Part shown: piece after piece, positions 6,991 to 13,418 of the stretch | How positions within the stretch are numbered: position 1 is the first letter of the stretch | Layout: every line of letters begins with the position of its first letter | Assembly (NCBI GenBank): GCA_045648325.1 | Contig: JAZRNU010000097.1 | Span: forward strand, 1 to 33,317 | Length of the DNA stretch: 33,317 nucleotides | Reading direction: 5' to 3' | Source: Eubacteriales bacterium | Lineage (GTDB): Bacteria > Bacillota > Clostridia > Oscillospirales > RGIG5299 | The notes under the pieces: model-generated | Databases searched by the model: none | Seen by the model: the letters and a program-made list of their open reading frames with translations, nothing else | Told to the model about the DNA's origin: nothing | Translations under genes and position numbers: made by a program

Positions 6991-8328
6991 TCATTCAAAA
7001 AGATATTTGTAGGTGGGAACACCGTCGTTTTCTTCCCTGTCAAAGGGATTTCCAAAGCTTTTTTCAAAAGAAAACCTCTCTTTTTTCTCGAAAAAACAAG
7101 GACGCGACATTGCTCCGTAACGAAGCGCCTCCGGCGCGTGGGTGATCTCGTGAGGACTGTCGGAAACGTCCTCGGGGTTTTTCTTGGAGTGGGTAAGAAG
7201 CGGCAGGCATCTTACGAGATTCAAGCAACACCCGTCAAAAAACCTTAGTCTCGGCAAGCCGCCTTCATCTGCCCGCAAAAGCTCTCTTAAAAGCCGGAGT
7301 CCTCTCACTCTGCCGTTGTCGGCGGGGATAAGTCCCGTTAGCCCTGCCGACGCGAAAATCTCAACGCCCGACACACCGCTTTCCTGCCTTCTGTTCCACA
7401 AATCGGGTGAAGCAACGGTGTATTCTATCCTCTCGTTATCGGGTGTAAGACCGTTTATTTTTCTTGCCGCCTCCGAAAGAGTGAGATTTGGCTCGTAAAG
7501 CTCGCGGTAAATATACATTTGTCCGCTTTTGTCAACTGCCCACCACAAGCAGGCGGTCATATCAAGACCATAGTCAAGTGAGCGGAAAAGCGTCATTCCC
7601 TCAATGGAAAAGGGGGTAATTATGTGCTTTCTTTCGGAAAATTCCGAAAAATACGCACCCTCAAAAAAGCTCCAATCTCCTTCAAGAAGCCTTCTTCTTT
7701 CCTTTTGGGGAAGCTCCGAAAGCCGCTTTATATAGTCGGGATCCGACCTCATAAGAAAGTCGTTATCCGAAACAAAGGAGGGAATAAATTTAATTTTTCT
7801 ACCGTTTTTAACGTATTCCCGTCTGTCTATAAAGCGTCTTTTCACAAACTCGTGACCCACACCGCCGGGGTTTCCGGTGGATTTTACCTTTTTTGGGTAT
7901 CCGTTTGATCCGCGGAGTCTTGAAAGCATATAAAGGTATTGGCTTTCGGTAAAGTGGGTAAGCTCGTCAAAGCGGATAACGTCGTATTCCGCCGACTGAT
8001 AGCGGTAAACGTCCTCCTCCGACTCCAGATATCCAAGCTCTATAACCGAGCCGTTTTTGAAATGCCAGCTGTGCTTTGAGGAAAGATATTTTCCCGCCTT
8101 TTTCGGGAAAAATCTTTTTGTAAGCGGAACTATGCTTCTTTCAAGCTCCGGAAAGGTGCGACGCAAAACAAGCTGACGCGAGCCCGGATATTTAACCGAA
8201 AAGAAAAGTGCGTCTATTACCTGTGCGCAGCTTTTGCCGCCGCCTGCCGCCCCGCCGAAAAATATCTCGTCGGCATCTGTATTTATAAACTCCGACTGCT
8301 TTGCCGTTACCGTAATTTCCTTTTTCAT
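6991..8328 (-). CDS. Terminase large subunit
   Basis: Walker A GGAAGGGKS, Walker B VIRFDELTHF and a C-terminal nuclease-type LDYGLD acidic motif. Its start overlaps the terS stop (ATGA, 8325-8328). Confidence 0.9.
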   Translation of the reverse strand: MKKEITVTAKQSEFINTDADEIFFGGAAGGGKSCAQVIDALFFSVKYPGSRQLVLRRTFPELERSIVPLTKRFFPKKAGKYLSSKHSWHFKNGSVIELGYLESEEDVYRYQSAEYDVIRFDELTHFTESQYLYMLSRLRGSNGYPKKVKSTGNPGGVGHEFVKRRFIDRREYVKNGRKIKFIPSFVSDNDFLMRSDPDYIKRLSELPQKERRRLLEGDWSFFEGAYFSEFSERKHIITPFSIEGMTLFRSLDYGLDMTACLWWAVDKSGQMYIYRELYEPNLTLSEAARKINGLTPDNERIEYTVASPDLWNRRQESGVSGVEIFASAGLTGLIPADNGRVRGLRLLRELLRADEGGLPRLRFFDGCCLNLVRCLPLLTHSKKNPEDVSDSPHEITHAPEALRYGAMSRPCFFEKKERFSFEKSFGNPFDREENDGVPTYKYLFE

Positions 8329-8660
8329 TTCATATCGCCCGTCACGGTAAGGGCAATGTCAAGGTCCTCCTCCTTTTCGTCCTTGCCGTACCCGAAAACG
8401 TTTTGGAGGCAGATATTTACCACCGTGGGATTAAACCGCTTAAACGCCGCGCCCGAAAGGAGCAGATGCTCCATCTCGTTCATTGCTCTTACGTAGGCCT
8501 TGCGAAGCTCTGCATTTTCACTTTCCGAAAGCTTAAAAAGCTCCTCTTTGGTGATTTCAAGATAGTTTGCAAGTCCTGCCGCAGTAGGCATTTCCTTTTC
8601 CTTTTCGTAAAAGGTGGAAACGTAACGGTTAAGTCTTTTAATAAGTATTTTTTCGCTCAT
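8325..8660 (-). CDS. Terminase small subunit
   Basis: 111 aa with a helix-turn-helix-like PTAAGLANYLEITKEELFKL segment. It is translationally coupled to terL. Confidence 0.7.
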   Translation of the reverse strand: MSEKILIKRLNRYVSTFYEKEKEMPTAAGLANYLEITKEELFKLSESENAELRKAYVRAMNEMEHLLLSGAAFKRFNPTVVNICLQNVFGYGKDEKEEDLDIALTVTGDMK

Positions 8661-8713
8661 TTTCTTCTCCTTTCCTTCTTTTCGGTTACACGCAGTATTT
8701 TAATCCCCGTTTT

Positions 8714-8730
8714 CTGCAATAAACTGCAAT
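8714..8730. repeat. Tandem heptamer CTGCAAT-AAA-CTGCAAT (10-bp register) upstream of terS
   Basis: Copies at 8714-8720 and 8724-8730, read directly from the sequence. They lie 54-70 nt upstream of the terS start codon. Confidence 0.6.
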
Positions 8731-8752
8731 GATAAGAGTTTTCATTTTTTTA

Positions 8753-8795
8753 TTGACAATAAAATAAAAATTTGTTATTATTATATTGTTATAAT
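8753..8795 (+). promoter_or_regulatory. Promoter region of the beta-helix lipoprotein operon
   Basis: TTGACA (8753-8758), 17 nt, TATTAT (8776-8781). An alternative extended -10, TGTTATAAT, lies at 8787-8795. Confidence 0.55.
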
Positions 8796-8818
8796 AATAC
8801 ATTATGGGAGGCAAACAA

Positions 8819-10381
8819 ATGAAAAGAATCACGGCAATTTCGCTTGCGGTATTACTTCTTCTCTCCGCTCTTTTGGGGCTTTCCTCTTGCGGCGGAAATA
8901 AGAAAATTCCGTTAAACGACTATTACAGCTACCTTACTGATTTTGAAAACGACGAGTCCGACTGGGCAAAATCCATAAGAGCAGCGGCTGATGCGGTAAA
9001 GGCAAGCTCCACCACGGGAAATTCAAATCTCTATATTCCCAAGGGCGTTTATGAAATAAACGGTATGCTCCAGATCCCCGTCGGAGTAAACCTCATATTT
9101 GAGGAGGGCGCAATCTTCAAGCTCGGCGCAGAAGCCACCTTCAATATGAACGGCAGAAATATAATCGCTCCCAAAACTCAGATATTCGACGTGGCCGACG
9201 GCGCCAAAATAATGGGAAGCGGCTTCTTCTCTGCAAGCGTCGGTTGTCCCGAATGGTTCGGTGCAAAGGTCAACGACGATATCGACGATTCCAAGGCTAT
9301 AAACTACGCAGTAGGCTGCTTTGCAACCGTTGAGTTTTCAGAAGGCACCTATAACGTTGATAAAAACGTCGATCTCAACACCGACTCCAAGACCCACACC
9401 TCTCTTATCCTTAACGGTGCCGGCAAGGATAAAACCGTTTTAAAGGTTTCTCCCAACGTTAAATGCTTCTTCTTTGACGGCTCCAAGGTGTTCTATTATC
9501 TTATCGAAATAAGAAACATCGGCTTTGAGGAGGTCGGCGGCGGCAGAACAGGTATTGCAATATCCGTTCGCGGTGCAACTCCCAACGCTTCACCCAAGGC
9601 AGTTATCACCGATTGCTCCTTCAAGGGCTTTAATACCGCATTTGCCACCGGAAACTCCGGCTTCGTCCATTTCAATAACAACTACGCCGAAAACGACGAG
9701 GTCGTTTGTGAGATCGGCGGCGGCGCCATGTTCCTCTTCTATAAATACAACAAGGCTGTTTCAAACGGCTACTTCCTCCGCTGCGATATCCCCGCTAACG
9801 GCGGTTATTCAAACGGTATAGACATCGTTGAAAACGAGGTCTCCAAATCGGAGCAGTACGATATCTTTATCAAGGAAAATCAGGCGGTATTCATTGAGAA
9901 GTGCAGCTTTACAGACGGCAAGGGCGAAGCCTCTGTCTATCTTGCAAGCGTTTCCGATTTTAGAATAACCGACACCGTTATCACCTCAAGCCCCGAGGCT
10001 CCCGAAAGAGTCGCATACTACAACAAAAACTCCCACTCGGGCTATATTTACAACGTTGAATTCAAAAATAACGGCACCGGCATCTTCTTCGACGGTCCCA
10101 CCGGTTGGAGAAATATGACCTACGTAAACAGCTGCGTTTTTGAAAACAACTCGGTAAACGACATTACCTTAAAGCGCGTAAGTGACGTTAAGATCGTTGG
10201 CAACCAGTTCAAAACCGCATTCTCGCACGATAACGCATCGTCAACCGAAATCAAGTTCAACGACGTAAGAGTTAAAAACATTTTGATTGCAGAAAACACC
10301 TTTGCATCAAAGGCAACGGTATTCTCCGAGGCTTTCGGCGTTGAAAGCAACGTTGAATACGATAACACCTTCAACGGTTAA
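8819..10381 (+). CDS. Lipoprotein with right-handed parallel beta-helix (pectate-lyase-3 / tailspike-like) fold
   Basis: The track start at 8804 is unlikely. The ATG at 8819 is preceded by GGGAGG. Lipobox LGLSSC|GG. PEWFGAKVNDDIDDSKAINYAV resembles the Pectate_lyase_3 start motif. PbH1-like repeats are present (for example FENNSVNDITLKRVSDVKIVGNQF). Confidence 0.75.
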   Translation: MKRITAISLAVLLLLSALLGLSSCGGNKKIPLNDYYSYLTDFENDESDWAKSIRAAADAVKASSTTGNSNLYIPKGVYEINGMLQIPVGVNLIFEEGAIFKLGAEATFNMNGRNIIAPKTQIFDVADGAKIMGSGFFSASVGCPEWFGAKVNDDIDDSKAINYAVGCFATVEFSEGTYNVDKNVDLNTDSKTHTSLILNGAGKDKTVLKVSPNVKCFFFDGSKVFYYLIEIRNIGFEEVGGGRTGIAISVRGATPNASPKAVITDCSFKGFNTAFATGNSGFVHFNNNYAENDEVVCEIGGGAMFLFYKYNKAVSNGYFLRCDIPANGGYSNGIDIVENEVSKSEQYDIFIKENQAVFIEKCSFTDGKGEASVYLASVSDFRITDTVITSSPEAPERVAYYNKNSHSGYIYNVEFKNNGTGIFFDGPTGWRNMTYVNSCVFENNSVNDITLKRVSDVKIVGNQFKTAFSHDNASSTEIKFNDVRVKNILIAENTFASKATVFSEAFGVESNVEYDNTFNG

Positions 10382-10399
10382 GAAAGGAGATAAATTACT

Positions 10400-12091
10400 G
10401 TGAAAATTTCAAAAATAATTTCTGTTTTAGTGGCTTTATCTCTTGTATTTTGCCTTTTTGCAGGCTGTGCACCTCAGAGCGAGCTTTCCTACTACGTTCC
10501 CAAGCTTACCGACTACGCTTCATCAAACATCTATGCAAATATCCAGAATATCTGGCTTTCTGCCAACGCACAGTATAACGAGGTTCCCTTAAATGCAACC
10601 CTCGACGGAACCGAGAAGAACCTCAAAAATCTCACCGTTGATTTTGCCGCCAAAAACGACGGCAGCGAGGATATTTCCTCAGCTCTTACCGAGGCAATTA
10701 CCGCTATCGGCTCAGAGGAAGGCTACATTCATCTCGTAACCGGTCTTTATAAGCTTTCTTCCGATATAACCGTTCCCGAGAACGTAACCGTTTCCTTTGC
10801 ACCCGGTGCAGTTATCTCGGTTGACGCGGGCGTAACCCTCACCATTGATTCAAAGAAGATATACGCTCCCATTGCAAAGATCTTCGAGGGCGAGGGCACC
10901 GTTGCCAGAATGAAGAATATCGAGTTCGGTTATCCCCAGTGGTTCGGCGCAATAATCGGCGATGAAAACGGCGATTCCGATGCCTTCCAGAAGATAATCA
11001 ATGCCGTTGATACCATCTATCTCATCTCCGGCAGATACGATCTTGAAAAGACTATCGTTATCCCGCAGGGCAGAAACATCTCGATAATCGGTCAGGGTCA
11101 GTACAGCCTTTCTTTCCTCTATATCACTGCTCCCATTGCATTCAGCTATCAGCGCGAGGCAGGAAGTGAAAAGACCGACCTCTACATCACCGGCGTTTTG
11201 TTCAAAAGCGATAACGCCAACACCGCAGTTTCTTTCCACGGAATCGAGGGTGCAACCGACAGTTCGCTCAAAATAACCAACTTTGTTTATGACAGAATGC
11301 ACACCCTCGTAAGCATCTCCTACGTAACCGGTTGTGAATTTGCCGATTCGAGAGGTGTTATTACCAAATACAGCTTCATTCTCGGCAAGCAGTGCAACGA
11401 TACCACCTTCGGCTCCTTCCTCTCTCTCTCGGGCGGCTCCTTTATAGTTGCCGACGGCGGCGAGGAAAACGACGGCAAGTCGAAAGGCATCACCCTTCTT
11501 AACAGCTGCAGCGTCTGGGCTTACGCAAGTGATATAATCATCAAGAACTATTCCGATATCTCCATCAAGCAGGGCGGCTATGACCTCGGCTGCAACCAGA
11601 ATCCCGGAACCGACAACCGCGCCGCAATCGTTTTCGACGGTGTAAAGAACGCCTCGTTCGACGGCAACTGGATAGCAACCTGCCCCGATGCTCCTTATTC
11701 CGCCAAGGAATTCCGCGACGGTATTCTTATTATAAACGGCTGTGAGAATATCGGCATTCGCGGCAACTCCATCGTTAACAACAGAATAGGCGTTAACGTT
11801 GATAACGGCACCGACGTAAATGCAAATATTGAAATAGTAGGTAACAAGGGCGAGGGCAACTTCCAGCACGACTTCTACCTTGCAAACTCAAACGGAGTAA
11901 AATTAAACTACAACTTCTGCTACTCCTACAAGTGGAGAGGCATTCCCTATGAGATTTCGGGCGGCGGCAACCTTAAAAACATCGAGGTTATCGGCAACTC
12001 GCTTGGTAACGCACAGTATGACCTTATTTCTCAGATCGGTCTTACCGAAAGCTATAAGTGCGATTACAACCTCTTCTCCGTTACCTCCTGA
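10400..12091 (+). CDS. Lipoprotein with right-handed parallel beta-helix fold, paralogue of the preceding gene
   Basis: GTG start with AAAGGAG 10 nt upstream. Lipobox LFAGC|AP. PQWFGAIIGDENGDSDAFQKIINAV aligns with the same motif in the upstream protein. PbH1-like repeats are present (IRGNSIVNNRIGVNVDNG, IEIVGNKGEGN, IEVIGNSLGN). Confidence 0.75.
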   Translation: MKISKIISVLVALSLVFCLFAGCAPQSELSYYVPKLTDYASSNIYANIQNIWLSANAQYNEVPLNATLDGTEKNLKNLTVDFAAKNDGSEDISSALTEAITAIGSEEGYIHLVTGLYKLSSDITVPENVTVSFAPGAVISVDAGVTLTIDSKKIYAPIAKIFEGEGTVARMKNIEFGYPQWFGAIIGDENGDSDAFQKIINAVDTIYLISGRYDLEKTIVIPQGRNISIIGQGQYSLSFLYITAPIAFSYQREAGSEKTDLYITGVLFKSDNANTAVSFHGIEGATDSSLKITNFVYDRMHTLVSISYVTGCEFADSRGVITKYSFILGKQCNDTTFGSFLSLSGGSFIVADGGEENDGKSKGITLLNSCSVWAYASDIIIKNYSDISIKQGGYDLGCNQNPGTDNRAAIVFDGVKNASFDGNWIATCPDAPYSAKEFRDGILIINGCENIGIRGNSIVNNRIGVNVDNGTDVNANIEIVGNKGEGNFQHDFYLANSNGVKLNYNFCYSYKWRGIPYEISGGGNLKNIEVIGNSLGNAQYDLISQIGLTESYKCDYNLFSVTS

Positions 12092-12101
12092 TATAAGCTT
12101 T

Positions 12102-12135
12102 AAAGGAAGCGATTTTATCGCTTCCTTTTTATTTT
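12102..12135 (+). terminator. Intrinsic terminator of the beta-helix lipoprotein operon
   Basis: AAAGGAAGCGAT / ATCGCTTCCTTT stem followed by TTTTTATTTTT. Confidence 0.7.
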
Positions 12136-12198
12136 TCCTCATTCACACATTCCCTCCTCCTTTCATAGAATGAACTATAACGAAAGGAGGTAAACAGA

Positions 12199-12360
12199 AT
12201 GTGTAATGATAACAGCTGCTTAAGCAACAGCACCCTCTTCTGGATCTTCATCGCCGCAATCATCGTGCTCCTTTTCTTCACGGGCGACAGAAACTGCGGA
12301 TGCGGATGCAATAACAACTCCCTTGGCAACGGTTGCAACTGCGCAGGCGGCAGCTTCTAA
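12199..12360 (+). CDS. 53-aa Cys/Gly/Asn-rich single-pass membrane peptide (not in the ORF track)
   Basis: Translates to MCNDNSCLSNSTLFWIFIAAIIVLLFFTGDRNCGCGCNNNSLGNGCNCAGGSF. AAAGGAGG (12183-12190) lies 8 nt before the ATG. Terminators flank it on both sides (12102-12135 and 12375-12410). Confidence 0.7.
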   Translation: MCNDNSCLSNSTLFWIFIAAIIVLLFFTGDRNCGCGCNNNSLGNGCNCAGGSF

Positions 12361-12374
12361 CGGCAAAACATAAT

Positions 12375-12410
12375 AAAAACAGTCTGCTTTTTGCAGACTG
12401 TTTTTATTTT
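12375..12410 (+). terminator. Intrinsic terminator after the small peptide gene
   Basis: AAAAACAGTCTGC, TTTTT loop, GCAGACTGTTTTT, followed by ATTTT. Confidence 0.75.
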
Positions 12411-12413
12411 ATC

Positions 12414-12442
12414 TTGCAATGTTTGTGTTTTGGTAGTATAAT
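12414..12442 (+). promoter_or_regulatory. sigma-A type promoter of the Cys-repeat lipoprotein gene
   Basis: TTGCAA (12414-12419), 17 nt, TATAAT (12437-12442). AAAGGAG ribosome binding site before the ATG at 12472. Confidence 0.6.
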
Positions 12443-12471
12443 ATTGCTAACGTAATTAAAGGAGTATCACA

Positions 12472-13314
12472 ATGAAGCTTAAATCTCTTATTTCGGTTAT
12501 ATTGGCAATTTCACTTTTTGCACTTTCAGGCTGCACCCTCTTTTGCTCTCACGAATGGGCAGAAGCAACCTGCCTTGACCCCAAGACCTGCACCCTTTGC
12601 GCAAAAACCGAGGGCGAGGCACTCGGTCACAATTGGCAAGACGCAACCTGCACCGTTTTAAAAACCTGCACCCGCTGCGCAGTTACCGAGGGCGAGCTTG
12701 CCGCGCACGATATGAAGGAGGCAAACTACCAGACACCTGCCACCTGCAACGATTGCGGCCACACCGAGGGCGACGTTTTAACCCCCTTCTACGTTGAAAA
12801 GGGTGCAACGGTAATCATTGCCGAAATGGGCAAGGAATACAATTATAAAACCGGTTGCTACACAAGCGGAAGCCGCTCCACCACCGGAAAGCTCCGATGG
12901 GAGGATCACGAGGTCTTTACCTCGAAGGACGGCTACGAGGCGGCAGAGGGCTACGAGTGGCACACCGTTACCGTTAAAATAAAATTTTCCGACGAAAACG
13001 CCCAGACCTACGGCTTTGTTGTTCAGCCTGCTCTTGACGATTATTACACCGGCGATACCTCACCCGTAAACGACGATATAAACACCTTCAAGGTAAACTT
13101 CAACGGCGAGATATATGACAAATGCCTTATGCAAAACAGCCAGGGCAGCTTTTCTTCCTGGCAAAACGGCTCCTGCACCTACACGGGAGAATATGCATGG
13201 CGAGTTCCCGTTGGCTATGACGGACACGTTATAATGTTCTATCATTCAAGCCTTTCGGGTCAGAACGTTTTTGATAACCTCGATAAGCCCTATCTTTTCT
13301 TCGTTTTTGAATAA
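12472..13314 (+). CDS. Lipoprotein with three N-terminal Cys/His repeats and an uncharacterised C-terminal domain
   Basis: Lipobox ALSGC|T. Three repeats of ~26 aa of the form H-x-W-x-x-A-T-C-x4-T-C-x2-C-x3-E-G-E. The remaining ~175 aa carry no motif I recognise. Confidence 0.75.
   Translation: MKLKSLISVILAISLFALSGCTLFCSHEWAEATCLDPKTCTLCAKTEGEALGHNWQDATCTVLKTCTRCAVTEGELAAHDMKEANYQTPATCNDCGHTEGDVLTPFYVEKGATVIIAEMGKEYNYKTGCYTSGSRSTTGKLRWEDHEVFTSKDGYEAAEGYEWHTVTVKIKFSDENAQTYGFVVQPALDDYYTGDTSPVNDDINTFKVNFNGEIYDKCLMQNSQGSFSSWQNGSCTYTGEYAWRVPVGYDGHVIMFYHSSLSGQNVFDNLDKPYLFFVFE
12550..12780 (+). repeat. Three tandem coding repeats (26, 26 and 25 codons) of a Cys3/His motif
   Basis: HEWAEATCLDPKTCTLCAKTEGEALG / HNWQDATCTVLKTCTRCAVTEGELAA / HDMKEANYQTPATCNDCGHTEGDVL. 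Confidence 0.8.
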
Positions 13315-13322
13315 ATAAAAGG

Positions 13323-13354
13323 AAAAAGCGGTCAGCTTAATGCTGACCGCTTTT
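13323..13354. terminator. Bidirectional terminator between convergent genes
   Basis: AAAAA-GCGGTCAGC, TTAAT loop, GCTGACCGC-TTTT. It lies between the + gene ending at 13314 and the - gene ending at 13419. Confidence 0.7.
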
Positions 13355-13418
13355 AATTTTATCTGTGGATTTCAAAGTAGCCGTCTTTTAAAGCGCCGAT
13401 TTTTTCGGACGGGGTAAA

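Larger units (their letters stand above)
169..8719 (-). mobile_element. Phage-derived packaging/head/short-tail module (ten co-oriented genes, terS to holin) lacking integrase, replication, regulatory, receptor-binding and endolysin genes
   Basis: Uninterrupted minus-strand gene order: terS, terL, small TM peptide, portal, scaffold, capsid, 191 aa, 564 aa, 262 aa, holin. Start/stop overlaps occur at 8325-8328 and 635-638. The module is bounded by the typA promoter (115-143) and by the divergent lipoprotein promoter (8753-8795). The limits are set at a 10-bp direct repeat (169-178 and 8710-8719), which is tentative. Confidence 0.7.

Noticed and set aside
6825-7067. 80-aa minus-strand ORF overlapping the terL 3' end and the 62-aa peptide gene
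   Set aside because: It is an alternative frame with no ribosome binding site and an Arg/Lys-rich translation. The 62-aa ORF in the other frame has a strong ribosome binding site and a clean TM helix.
10850-11869. 339-aa minus-strand ORF inside the second beta-helix lipoprotein gene
   Set aside because: It is a shadow ORF opposite a well-supported gene, with a Gly/Ala/Val-rich low-information translation, no ribosome binding site and no signal. The same reasoning applies to the antisense ORFs at 9496-9681, 10120-10374 and 11903-12142.
12199-12410. Type I toxin-antitoxin reading of the small hydrophobic peptide
   Set aside because: I found no convincing minus-strand promoter in 12361-12471 that could produce an antisense RNA. 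The peptide's Cys/Gly/Asn-rich tail is also unlike typical type I toxins. The anti-SD observation is kept as a separate finding.
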